A DNA stretch of 64,000 nt, taken from positions 37,078,852 through 37,142,851 of the forward strand of contig NC_133620.1 of assembly GCF_048593235.1 (NCBI RefSeq). Reading direction: 5' to 3'. The DNA comes from Sminthopsis crassicaudata (taxonomy: Eukaryota). Below are positions 1-11,923 of this stretch, in pieces. The notes under the pieces are model-generated. The model was not told the DNA's origin. It saw only the letters and a list, made by a program, of their open reading frames with translations, and did not search any database. The position numbers and the translations under genes were made by a program. The number at the start of each line of letters is the position of its first letter. Position 1 is the first letter of the stretch.

Positions 1-224
1 AATTAATGATATCTAATTGATACCATTATAATGTGATTATAAATGATAATTGATAATGATCTAGAGGGAGGTCTCCAGTAGAGAGCCCCAAGGATCTGTC
101 ATTGGCTACATTCCAGAAGATATAGATAGTGTGGGTATCACATTGGTAGATGATACAAAACAGTGAGAAGTAACTAATATACTGAATCACAGAATCATGT
201 TACAGCAAGTTTTCCACAGACTAG

Positions 225-1085
225 AAACCTAGACTAACAATAACATGACTAAATTTAATAAGGATGAAAATTTAAGATCTAGATGGATTAAAGAAATTAT
301 ACATAAAAATGGGGAAAGTGTGTCTAGAAAACAATTCATCTGCAAATAATCTGGAAGGTCTAAGTGGACTACAAGATCAATAAGATATGTGTATGATATG
401 ATACGGTAACTCCTCCAAAAATAATGATCATTTTGTTGTTGTTTAGTCATTTCAGTCACGGTCAATTCTTCAAGACCCCATTTGGAGTTGGCAAAAATGT
501 TAGAATAATTTACTATTTTCTCTCCAATGATAATCATGGGCAGAAGAAGACAGGTTCTCTTTCCATCGTAGTATGCACTGATCAGATCATATATATCTGA
601 TTAGGAGAAATACACTTTGGGAAGGATATCGATAAACTAGATTGTCAAAAGAGGACCATCAAGATGTTATAAAGAGACTGGAGAGTGGACAATATGAAAA
701 TTGGTTAAAAATATTTATCCTAGAGAAAGGGCTTGTTGAGGTAATGGAGAATGGACAGATTTTGCCAAGCATTTGAAGGACCATCCCATGAAAAAGGGAT
801 TAAATCTATTCTGCTTATTCCCAGATGACAAAACCAGAAGTAAATTGACGAAAATTAGAGTGCCAGATCTTTACTCGGTGCAAGGGAAAATTTGATAATT
901 GGAGCTTTCTATCAGTGGAATGGGCTACCTTGGGAGATAGTGGACTCTCTATCACTAGAGACCTTCAGTTGAGGGCTGAATGATCACTTGTCAGAGACAG
1001 TGTAGAAGGACTGACTGCTCAGGGGCAGGATGAACTAGAGCACCTCTGAAGGCCCTTTAAATTCTGAGACTGATTCTATAACGTC
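225..1085 (+). mobile_element. CR1/L3 LINE 3' fragment (degenerate ORF2 C-terminus plus 3' end), interrupted by a SINE piece
   Basis: Translation near 245 gives MTKFNKDEN, resembling the CR1 ORF2 motif MKFNKDKC. 890-1075 matches the typical L3 3' end (cagtggaatgggctaccttgggag...cctctgaaggccctttaaattctgaga). Boundaries approximate. Confidence 0.75.
432..525 (-). mobile_element. MAR1-like (RTE/BovB-tailed CORE) SINE 3' fragment
   Basis: ttgttgttgtttagtcatttcagtcacggtcaattcttcaagaccccatttgg is the reverse complement of the MAR1-type tail. Confidence 0.65.
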
Positions 1086-1364
1086 ATGACGCTATCTTCT
1101 GAGTGGAAAAACAGAAAGTGGGAGCAATTAAACAAGTGAATTCATCCAATGCATTGGGGAAAGACCTAAGCAAAGAATGCCATTCTCTGTCAGAGAATTT
1201 ATCATCCATGTAACTGGCTGTCCGTTCTTCCATCATTATGACAAGAGTCTTTTGAAAACAGAGTTGGATATCTATTTTAGTGGCTAGAGCAATAGAATGA
1301 CAGTAAAAGGCCCCAGAATTTCATTCCAGGATGTGTGCTTTCTTTTTTTAAAATGGCTTCATAG

Positions 1365-1515
1365 AAATAATACTGATCTAGGAGTCTTCAACCTGAGTCT
1401 TAATCTGTTATTAACTAGCCGCATGACTTTGGCAGATCTCATTTCTCTCAACCTCAGTTTCCTCAAATAGTAACTGAACTAGATGGTCTCTGAAGTCACT
1501 TCCAGCTCTAGTGTT
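1365..1515 (+). mobile_element. MIR/CORE-SINE
   Basis: Core motifs ggagtc...actagc...tgactttggcag...ctcaacctcagtttcctcaaa...ctagatggtctctgaagtcacttccagctct. Confidence 0.7.
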
Positions 1516-1599
1516 TCGGGATTAGATGGTTCTTTTTAGACTTTAGAGATCTGACTTGTCCTTCTTGGACCAAGAGCAGCAGTTGGAAGTAGAACCTGG

Positions 1600-2015
1600 A
1601 CTTGAGGTCAGGAACTAACATTTGGAGCTATCCAAAAGTTGAATAGGGTTCTTCAAGAAGTAGTGGATTCTTCCTCCTTGGAAGTGTTTAAGAGAAGCTG
1701 GATGACCATTTGACCCTAATGTTATAGTGGCAATTCCTGTTGGACATGGGTTGGACCAGGAGGTCATTTAAATGCCCTCCAGTTCTCCAATTCTGTAATT
1801 CCATGTGATGCAGTGACATTATAAAGAACTGCCTAGCAATAAGAGCTATTTAAAAATAGAATGGGCTGTGTCAGAGGGTATGAAATCCCCCATCAGTGGA
1901 GACCATCAAAGAGAGGCTGCCTGACCACACACCCGAGATATTGTAGTTTAGATTTATTACTTGGGTAGGGATTGGAATAAATCACTTTTGAGGTCCCTTC
2001 CAGCTCAGGGGACGC
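1600..2015 (+). mobile_element. Two consecutive CR1/L3 3'-end fragments
   Basis: Two degenerate copies of the same L3 tail seen at 890-1075 (…tccttggaagtgtttaagagaagctggatgaccatttg…; …ccccatcagtggagaccatcaaagagaggctgcctgaccac…). Confidence 0.65.
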
Positions 2016-2029
2016 TTTGATCCTAGGCT

Positions 2030-2405
2030 TATTGGTTTCTCTGGCTTCCTTCAAGGCTTAGCTCAAAGCATAGCTTCTTCAGGAAGCCTTTCACAGTCTG
2101 TCCAGTTGCTAATGTCTGCTCTTTTAGATTAGTTTTCATCTGCCCTGTGTATATATTTATATGTACCTTTTTTCGTAGGCCCAGTTCTTAGAACAGCGCT
2201 TGACACATAGCAAATGTGTAATAAATGCTTGTTGATTGACTGTACTTAACTATTATTACATATTCTCTCCTATATCAAAAAGCACTCTTTTTGAGGGGCA
2301 AGGACAGTTTTTTGTTTATTTGTTTGCCTTTGTTTCCCCAGGGCTTAGCACAATATTGGACAGATAGTAAACACTTAATAAGAGTTTGTTGTTTGGCTGA
2401 TTGCT
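2030..2405 (+). mobile_element. L2 LINE 3'-end fragments (two)
   Basis: L2 tail motifs cagcgcttgacacatagcaaatgtgtaataaatgcttgttgattgact and gggcttagcacaatattggacagatagtaaacacttaataa. Confidence 0.7.
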
Positions 2406-3659
2406 TCTAGTTCCATGCCAAAATTGACCTCTGAAGTCCCTTCCAGGTATAAAATTCATTAATTATTATGATTTGACCTTGATCAACTGGTTTAACTTTT
2501 CTTAACTTCACTTTCCATAGTTATAAAATACTACTTATCTTCTAGTAATTGAGAGAATTAGTAAATAAAAAGGGAATGAGGAGGATTGTGGAAAAGAGGT
2601 GGTATTAGATCACATACCCACAACTAGAGAACCTCATATTATAGAAACTGCTGGAACTCCCTGCTTGGACAGAGCCTGCAGGGCTTGCAAAATGGCTCAT
2701 GAACAACAAAATGAGTTGGAGCTCCTTGGATGAAAGGCACTCACAGAATAGACATCTCTATATTACATTTGGATATGTATTGGATGATCTTTGACATATG
2801 TTTGGTATTTAGATTTCCAAGATTACTCATATTAATATCCGTTGCACATCTTACGTGGTTTCTTTTTCTTATTTTTGCCTTTTGTGCACACTGGGAGATG
2901 TGGGTTTGGATAGACTTCAAGCCAGATTTGTTCCTGTTGCTTTATTGTTGCTAACCATGGGATCACTAAAATGGGAAAATCATCTGCTTCTTCCTCTATG
3001 AAACTTTGAATTCAGAACTTAAAAAAAAAAGAAAGAAACAGGGAAATGAATAATGAACGTGGTAAAAATAAATGTGTAGATTTTGAGCCCATTTAATTTC
3101 CTTTAAATGACAGTTTTGTTAATGCTGTGAAATATTTCCCCTGATAAATATGAGTTAGCTAATTTGAATGGGTGACTATTCTGTCCCCCTTTTTAAAAAA
3201 ATCTATTGAATTATGAGGTTTTAAATTTCTCTTCATTTTCTTTATGGTTTTGTATACTTTTTATTATATTTGATAATTGAGCTGCCCTAATGCCATATTG
3301 AGAAACACTGTTTTTATCTCTTTTTTTTCAAAAATGGAAATTAATTTGGGAAAATCATTTATGCAATAATAAAGCTGTGTTCAGCTAAATGCATTTCTAA
3401 GGAAAAAACAATTTACATTTCTTTCTGTCCTAGTTTTTCTAAATGCAAAATTATTTTTCTGTCATAATTTCAAATATGCAGAAAAGGAAAAATTAAAAAT
3501 GAGCATTCCAGTCTTTGACCTCCAGGCTTCAGTCTGGTATTCAGGGATTGTATTTCCCATTTATTTGCCCAACAGACCTGTCTATACTGCAAGACTCCAC
3601 CCCTAGAGCCAGGGAACAAAATGTACCCTAGAGGAAAATACTGAAAGCTAGGTATTTAA

Positions 3660-4135
3660 ATGTGACTATTGTCCAATTAACTTTAATCACAATTGTGTTT
3701 TTAAAATACTTTCAAAATTCAACTCAAATGCTACCTTCATTCCTGCAGTCTTTTCCTGATCTGTCTAGCATTTTGGTAATTTCCTTGCTTCCCCCTCAAA
3801 TTACTTTGTGTTTGCTTTTTAAAGATATAGATATAGATACATGTGTACATATATATATATATGCAACACACACACACACATATGCATTTCCCAGTTACTA
3901 ATGCTCCCTTCAAGTTTATCTTCAGTCTATTTTGTATTTATTTTATATGTACATACTTATTGAAATATTTGTCTCCCCACTAAAATGTAATCTCCTTGAA
4001 GGAAGGGATTGTTATATGTTATTTTATCTCTGGAGTTTAGTACCTACAATTTAAGTGCTTAATACATCTCAGTTGATTGATTAATTGAACACAGTGGATG
4101 CTTAATAAAAAGCTTATTGATTGAATGAATGGATT
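3660..4135 (+). mobile_element. L2 3' end with embedded (TA)/(CA) microsatellite and duplicated tail
   Basis: ctccccactaaaatgtaatctccttgaaggaagggattg...aagtgcttaata...ggatgcttaataaaagcttattgattgaatgaatg. Confidence 0.65.
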
Positions 4136-5214
4136 TTTTTTTTCCTTAAAGGAGAAGGCAGGAAAAAAGGGCCAAGAGAGAAGGAGCATTTCCAAAAAAG
4201 AAAAGAAAAGAGCCACATTTCAAAAAAGGCTATCCTAAAAATCCCTCTACAAAACCATTCATTCCTGATGCTATTTGTTCTTTTTTTTCACATTGGATGT
4301 TGTTTTATTAGTCTCAATGGATTCCTGAAGACTACAGCTGCCTCTATTTAAATGCCAGCTCCTCTAAAAAAAAAGCTGAATCGCATTTCCACAGCAACAT
4401 TTAACCCACAATACACTTCACCTGTAGACTAAAGGCCTGTTAGAGAATAAACAGACAGTTTGACAGATAGGTAGATGGATGGACAGACAGATAGGTAAAC
4501 AAATAAATAAACAGATGAATGAATGAATCAGCATAGGAGATAATTGCTCCAGAGTTCTAATTCTTGAGAAATGGAATTATGATGAGATTAAGGTATCATG
4601 GTAGCCACCTCAATAGAAAGCATTAACAAATAAATAGATTCTGGCAGCCTTCTCTCATAAATGATGAAAATTCTTCTCTAAAACCACTAGGAACAGACAT
4701 ATTGGAATAAAGAAGGGGCCAAGGCACAGCTTAGATAATTCAGTGGAGAACTGGCCATTTTGCAGTGTTTCTGGATTATTTTTATTGCCTATCCACCCCT
4801 TTTCTTCTGACAGCATCCAAAAGAATTCAGATGCTCTCCTTTTCTTTTTCAAGCTGTAAGATTTCTACCCTAAAGAGCAAAGAAGCCCTAATTGTGTCCA
4901 AATCACAAAAGTAACTGTTCTTTGATCATCATTGTCACCATCATCATCACAAAAAAAAAGGATTTATTAAGTCATTCCCCTTCCCCCCTCCATCAGGGGA
5001 TTTCATTTGGTGACTAAAGGATTTTACAAAATTTTGGAAGCATAGAGTGAAGAGATCAGAAGAAAGCATGGGAAGAGCATTAATTCAAGCATTAGAGGAT
5101 CTGATGTTTTCTGATTTTTGTGACCTTGAAGCAATCCCATGGCTTATGATCTTATGAATAGTGGACAGGTACTTCCCAGCTCTGATCTTTAGTGCTATAT
5201 TCAATCTACTGATT

Positions 5215-5460
5215 TGTCCAACGTTTATCCATTCCACAAACATTTATTAAGCACCATGCTGGGCACTATGGTAAGCACAAGGGAATATCAAGACTGAAAT
5301 AGAACAGTCTCTGCCCTTAAGTAAAATGTTTTATGAGACGGAGAAACATCAAGCTAACATGTACACTCAAGTAAACACAAAATGTATTTTTGGAGGACAC
5401 TAGGAACTAAAAGAACCATGAAAGGCTTCTTATAAGAAGCCACTTGAGATGAGTCTTGAA
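5215..5460 (-). mobile_element. L2 3' end
   Basis: cattccacaaacatttattaagcacc...tgctgggcactatgg...acagtctctgcccttaag is the reverse-strand L2 tail. Confidence 0.65.
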
Positions 5461-6624
5461 TAATGGATTGTTGTTGTTGAGGCTGGATCTGGGATTTTTG
5501 TCACTGCAGGAAACTTGTAATATGGAAACCCTATCCATGCAGATGGTGAACTCTACAATTTATGGTTATAATGGGGGGTGCTGGCCAATGAGGCTCCATC
5601 AGTCTTTGAAGTATGCATCTACATTCCTGCCAAATCTTAGTCCAAGAGATCATGAGGATGCAGGAGGGGAGAATGGTTTGGGGAATGATGATTCAAAGTC
5701 ATTGCTTTGGGATTATGAAAAGCCTTCTCGTTGGCTTCAGACCTGGAACTGATGACTCAGGAGAGACCGAGCCAGAGCTGAATGAGCATCCAAAAGGTTC
5801 TAGTAGCAGCTTCTTGCATGAATTTTGCAGAGTGAGGGTTACTTTGAGCTGCCAGATGAACTAGAGCTAGCTACTTTTCCACATCTGGGCAATAGCAACT
5901 CTATTTCTTTCTATTTCTTGTTTCCTAATTTTGTAAAGGAGTATCCCGAAATGGGAAGGCCCAAGTAAACAGTGATCTCCAAAGATTCATCAGCCATCTT
6001 GGAGGTCATGTCAGTGAGCAAAGTACTTACTAGAGTCCACTGGAATAGTAATAGATGATAATGGAAGGAAGCATCTGCAAATGGAGGCAAAAAATCCAAC
6101 AAATTTCCATCAACTTTAGAGGCCATAACTCCTTGTGACAGATAAAAATTGTCTATCATCTGTTGAAAGGCATCAATCCACCAAGGACACAAGAGACTGC
6201 ACTTGAAGGGAGCACCTCATGGGTATTCTGTGATGAGAGGAAATAACTTCTAGGACTAAGAGTTCAGAAATAACTCTTGGTCACAGATTTGTGCTTCATT
6301 TTCATTATACTTAAAGATACTTCTCAGGGACTTTGTATGTGTAGTGAAAAGATTACTCTCTGGTTATAATGAGAGAGAGATAGGGAAAGAGACAGACAGA
6401 GAAAGAGACAGAGAGAGAAGGAAGAAAGGCAGGAGGGATGGAGAGAATGAGGGAAATGATAAATAGAGAGAGAGAAAGGCCTTATGTGATATATATGTAT
6501 AAATATGTTAGTCATATATGTGTATAAATATACATATAAAATATTTTCAGTAAATATCCTTCAGGGGAAGTTAAATGATGTTAAAAATTGTCAATTGATA
6601 ATGGAAGCTCAAGAGCTATAATGT

Positions 6625-7100
6625 TGTTATTCATCATTGCTTTTCAAAGAGGACCAATGACATCCCAAGATGATATCTTGTCTTGGATATGGAATGGATT
6701 TAAGTGTATCAAAGTTGCACAAAGTCATCAGCCTTCCTTTCTCTTCGAGCAGCCATCAAAATCCAATAAGAAAGCAAAATTCAAGATGAATGATGTGGCC
6801 AGGATGAAGTAGATGACCTTGGCATTTTTGTTGTTTGACCAAGCTGTAAGCTTTTCACAACACCCGCTTCAGCCACCTTCTTGGCTGTTGGAACAAATTG
6901 TTCTTACCTGCCCACTTCACAGGGAAAGTTTTCACATGCTTGGATTATACATACCCCCCCAATTTGCTGATTATCAGCCTACTCTCAGCCTTGTGTAGTT
7001 AGTCTGCTGAGATAGCTTACCAATTACCATGCATATGAAACCTTCATGGCTCTTGATGATATTTGGGTGGCTTGGATGAGCAGGTGGATGAGCAGCTCTG
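6625..7100. mobile_element. WALLSI-type (RTE-related) marsupial SINE, old
   Basis: ttttcaaagaggaccaatgacatc...ggatttaagtg...caaagtcatcagcct...ggaacaaattgttct...ttcacatgcttgg resembles the recalled WALLSI-family consensus. Exact family and strand unverified. Confidence 0.5.
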
Positions 7101-7859
7101 AGTCCTCACACCGGAAATGTTAGTCCTCTCTGAACACTCCATATATCCTAGAGTTTTAGCAATAGAAACCAAAACTATTTAGGATTATTTCTAGAACCCT
7201 AAGGTGAGAAATAGTATACTCCCTTCTAGGAACCTATCATGTCAATGCTGTACTAATGGCCCCAGAGGTTATGTATATGGTATATATGTATTATGTATAT
7301 AATATATAGTATAGCATATAGTTTGGTGTACTTAGAGATTAATATTCAACAGAGGCAAGACTTGAATTCAGATCTTCCAACTATAAGAAAGATTTCATCT
7401 CCTCTAGTCCCAATCAATGTAAGTAATATGTTCTCTACCTTGATGTCTTTGTCAGATAATATTGATTCTTGGATTAAGTTATAGAATCAATCAAAAGTGT
7501 AAAATACAAAATAAAAGTCTTTGATGAAAGGAACTAATGAAAAATATCTGGATTGCTTGTGAAGAAATTAATCCTGTCTCTGGACTTACAGATATCAGAG
7601 AAGATACTCTAGCAAGAGGTAATCATGCTTTGGAAAGTGCTCTGAACTCCTCAGAGATACTCCTAGTACTTTGAAGGGAAAAGTAGTCAATCCCTCTCTG
7701 GAGATCCAGAACACCAGTTTAAGTAAGAGTTGGACTGATTCAAGATTTTTTTTAGTCATTATGACAGAATCTCAATAATAAAAATAACAATAACAATAAT
7801 ATTGTCTTTATGTAGCACTTTCGGTTTTCAAAGCCCTTTCTGTACTATTAAATAATAAT

Positions 7860-8070
7860 TGGACATGAATGAAAATGACTCAACAAAAAAGGGATATTAG
7901 GTGTCCACATTAAATCTAACTGCAATGTAGGCAATACTTGGTAGGAACTTTAGAGGTACTGGTATGCATCAGGTTGAACAAGTTGAAGTAAATCAGTATA
8001 GGTCAGAAATAGAGAGGGTAAAAGCTTCCATAGATTCTGTACTCTCAGCTAGGGGAGATTTCATTCAGCC
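7860..8070 (-). repeat. Inverted copy of 9677-9881 flanked by 15-bp direct repeat ctattaaataataat
   Basis: 7859-8060 is the reverse complement of 9677-9881 with 6 substitutions and one 3-bp indel (hand alignment). ctattaaataataat occurs at 7845-7859 and 8071-8085. Confidence 0.9.
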
Positions 8071-8074
8071 CTAT

Positions 8075-8076
8075 TA

Positions 8077-8120
<44 letters not shown>

Positions 8121-8235
8121 TTATTTATATATTATAAATATACATGCTATAAAATAAATATAAGTAAAATAAATAAGAATAGCAAATAATAATAAATAGT
8201 ATTGGTAATGATTGTACTAAATAATAATAATCATA
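8075..8235. repeat. (AAT)n microsatellite and AT-rich low complexity
   Basis: Direct reading. Confidence 0.9.
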
Positions 8236-9851
8236 GTTAACATTTATATATAACATGCGATGTGATTTTATGAGTATTTATCTCATTTGATTCCCCCCAA
8301 CAGCCCTGCAGTGCTATTATTTATCTCCATTTTACAAACGAGCACACTGAGGCAAAGAGAGATTAAGTGGCATATTGAGGGGCACACAGATAGTATCTGA
8401 GACCAGATTTGAACTCAAGTATTCCCGAATCCAGACTGAGCATTCTATTCATGATTCACCTACTTTGCCCCAAGTCACTTAATCCATCTTAGGCTGTTTT
8501 TTCATCTGTAAAATGAACTTAGACTGGACTACCTCTAAGGTCCCTTCCATCTCTGAAGCTATGCTTCTGTGATGCTGAGTATAATTATCCTCATTTTGTA
8601 TATGGGCTCAGAAAATTGAAGTGACTTACCCAGCACTTACCAAGATGGTTAGAGAGCTTTGAAGCCAGGAGTTTTAGTCAGATATTCCAAGAGATATTCA
8701 ATTCAATAAACACTTACTATATGCTATGGAACTCTAAGTTCTAGAGGGAGATGTGAAAATTTGAATGGTTCCTGACCTCAAAAATGTTCTATTTCCAGGA
8801 TATGGACAGATAAACAGACACAAAGGTTTTGGGGGATTTTTTTGGTCCAGATTCATGAATTCCTACTACAAATAATCATCAGCAACATTTCTGAAACTCA
8901 GCTTTCTAAGGGGTACGATTGTCAGAAAAGTTCAATGATTTACCAAAGAGATGATAGTCAGCATGGATCAAGAGTTGAACTTGAGGCAGAATTTTTTGGC
9001 AAGCCAAAAAGGTAGCACCCTACCCACTCTATCACGCTGTCATTGAATACAAAAAAATATAGAATATTGACAAGGTAATTTGGGGTAGTAGTATCAACAA
9101 CTAGGGGGAATAAGAAAAGTCTCCCACAGAAAGCTTGTAGGAGATGACTCCTGAGTTGTACTTTTAAAGATTCTGCATGTTGGAGGTGAAGAGGGAGGGC
9201 ATTCCAGACCTGGAAGGAGTGAGCACCTGAACAAGAACAAGTATACAAGGTACAGGAAGTTGGCCAGTCTTGTTGGAGCTGAAAATATAAAAGAGAGATT
9301 GATGTGAAATAAGTTTAAAAAGACAACCTTCCAATCTAAAAAGGACTAGAGTCCAAAGGATCATAGGTTGGAAAGGAATTTGAAAGTCATTTAGTTCAAC
9401 TCCCTTCATTTTATAAATAAGAAAATGGAAACCCATCCAAAGTCAAACAGGCTGGATTCAAACCNNNNNNNNNNNNNNNNNNNNNNNNNNNNNNNNNNNN
9501 NNNNNNNNNNNNNNNNNNNNNNNNNNNNNNNNNNNNNNNNNNNNNNNNNNNNNNNNNNNNNNNNNNNNNNNNNNNNNNNNNNNNNNNNNNNNNNNNNNNN
9601 NNNNNNNNNNNNNNNNNNNNNNNNNNNNNNNNNNNNNNNNNNNNNNNTTTCTCCTCTTTCCTCCCTCTCTCCAACCAATCTCTCCTAGCTGAGAGTACAG
9701 AATCTATGGAAGCTTTTACCCTCTCTATTTCTGACCTATACTGGTTTACCTCAACTTGTTCAACCTGATGCATACCAGTACCTCTAAAGTCCCTACCAAG
9801 TATTCCCTACATTGCAGTTAGATTTAATGTGGACACCTAATATCCCTTTTT

Positions 9852-10005
9852 TGTTATTGAGTCATTTTCATTCATGTCTAACTCTCCAAGAAACTATTTG
9901 GCATTTTCTTGGCAAAGTTACTGAAGTCATTTTCCATTTCCTTCTCTGGCTTATTTTACAGATGAGGAAACTGAGGCAAAGAGGGTTAAGGTACTTTTCC
10001 AAAGT
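9852..10005 (-). mobile_element. MAR1-like SINE
   Basis: ttgttattgagtcattttcattcatgtctaactc...ttcttggcaaag...ttccatttccttctc...ttttacagatgaggaaactgaggcaaa. Confidence 0.75.
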
Positions 10006-10007
10006 TA

Positions 10008-10096
10008 CATTACTGCAACCCAAAACTCCTAAACTCAAGCTATCCATCATTCTCAGCCTTCCCTCCTGAGATTACAGCCATGTACCACCACACCCA
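10008..10096 (-). pseudogene. 7SL RNA 5' (Alu-domain) derived fragment
   Basis: The reverse complement (…ggtgtggtggtacatggctgtaatctcagg…aaggctgagaatgatggatagcttgagtttaggagttttgggttgcagta) aligns by eye with 7SL gggcgcggtggcgcgtgcctgtagtcccagctactcgggaggctgag…ggatcgcttgagtccaggagttctgggctg. Confidence 0.7.
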
Positions 10097-11279
10097 TGTG
10101 CCACAGTTGTTTCCATAAAGGACAAGAATCCAGGATAACAGTATGTTAGATCCCTCCAGGTCCTTTGATAATAGGAGAGATAATATAGTTGCTAGAAATG
10201 AAATAAAACATTAAGATGTGTGAGATAGATGAAAAGAGAGACAGATGGTGGCTCATGAGGGTAAAGGGACCATTAGAAAACCACTAGTTATAAAACCCTA
10301 ATGAGCCGGAAGTATTCATACAATTTCTCACAGGGCAGGACAAAAGCAACAAGTAGATAATACTGTGTACTGAACAGGGATCCTTTGAGGACACCCCATT
10401 TGCTCTTTGAGATATATAACCTATCCCGTTATTATTAGAAGGTCATATTGTCTGCTCCATGTGTCCTTTGTCAAGTTAGTCACCTATGACTAAGGTGGCA
10501 ATGAGAAGTCTGAGACCTAGAAACAACCCAAATGAGGTGGAACCCATAGTTGGCTTGAAATGAGTTGTTTCACAAGAAAGAATGGATGATACTATTGGAG
10601 CCAAAATAGACCCGGGGAAAGAGCAAGACCCAATTATCGGAAGGCAGCATAGCTTGAAAGGAAGCATGATTCAATTAATAGAGAAATGGCCTCATTGTTA
10701 TCGAGACCAAGATTCAAATCCTGCTTCTGACATACACCGGAGCTGTCAAATGCTCCCCGTTAGGCAACTCTCGAAGATTATGAATTGCAAAGAAATCACT
10801 CATCAGCATGGTAGAAAAAATTCCTCACTAGCCCACGTGCCATATTTTCCATGAATCCTTCCCATAAGGTATCCTCCAACCCAAATTAATGATTTCTTTT
10901 TCTCTTGTGGTATTATATCTGCCATATGAGATGCTATGATCCCAGAAAGACACATTATGGTAGAAAGAGCACTGCATTTCAGGATAAATCTTAGTTCTTC
11001 TATTTCTTATTTCTTATCTGTAAAATTATGGCACTAATCTAATGGCTTGTGAAGTTTTGTCCAGTTCTCAAACCTAGGACCTTATGAAATAACTTCCAAA
11101 GTCAACTTGTCCAACCTGCACCTAAAGAGAGCTGCCCTCTACAACACTCCTGACTGATTCTGACAAGCCTACGTCAACATCCATTGGACTGTTGAAGGCT
11201 TGGGAACATTTCGGTCCCATTGTTGTAAAGTTCTTCCTTGGATTGGGCTGAAATATGACTCATTTCAACATCTTCCCTC

Positions 11280-11520
11280 AGTCATGTCCAGCTATCTGTG
11301 ACCCATTTGGGGCTTTCTTGGACACGACACTGAAGTGGTTTTTCATTTCCTTCTCCAGCTCATTTTACAGTTGAGGAAACTGAGACAAATAGGGTAAAGT
11401 GACTTGCCCACAGTCACACAACTAGAAAATGTTTGAGATCAGATTAGAACTCAGGAAGATGAGTCTTTATGTCTCCAGACCCAGAGCTTCATGCACTCCA
11501 CTACCTAGTTGTCCTACTGT
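11280..11520 (-). mobile_element. MAR1-like SINE
   Basis: gtgacccatttggggctttcttgg...ttcatttccttctccagctcattttacagttgaggaaactgag...ccacctagttgtcc. Confidence 0.8.
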
Positions 11521-11783
11521 ATACAGTTTAATGTTCTCCAGTGAAATTATTGCTCTAGATACCCTTCACCTTGAGTCAATGTCCTTTCTAAAATGCAGCA
11601 CCAAGAGCTGAGCACAATATTCCAGTCCAATTTTTCCTTTTTCTCTGTGTTCACCATTTAAGGAGGAAGGAGATAGAACATACATTTGTTAAACTACCAC
11701 TGTATGGTAAACAACTTACAAAAATTAACTCATTTGACACTCATATTAGCCATGGGTTGCAGATTCTATTAATCCCCATTTAC

Positions 11784-11923
11784 TCTTCCCCCTAAGCTGG
11801 GGTTAAGTGACTTGGCCAGGGTCACACAGCTAGGAAGTGTTAAGTGTCTGAGACCACATTTGAACTCGGGTCCTCCTGAATTCAAGGCTGGTGCTCTATC
11901 CACTGCGCCACCTAGCTGCCCCC
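11784..11923 (-). mobile_element. WSINE1-like young tRNA-derived SINE with 14-bp TSD, nested in an older MIR
   Basis: The reverse complement starts ggggcagctaggtggcgcagtggatagagcaccagccttgaattcaggaggacccgagttcaaa. TSD taatccccatttac at 11770-11783 and 11924-11937. Confidence 0.9.

Noticed and set aside
11784-11923. tRNA genes (also at 53913, 57178 and 62325)
   Set aside because: The A/B boxes belong to tRNA-derived SINE heads followed by CORE sequence; there is no cloverleaf.
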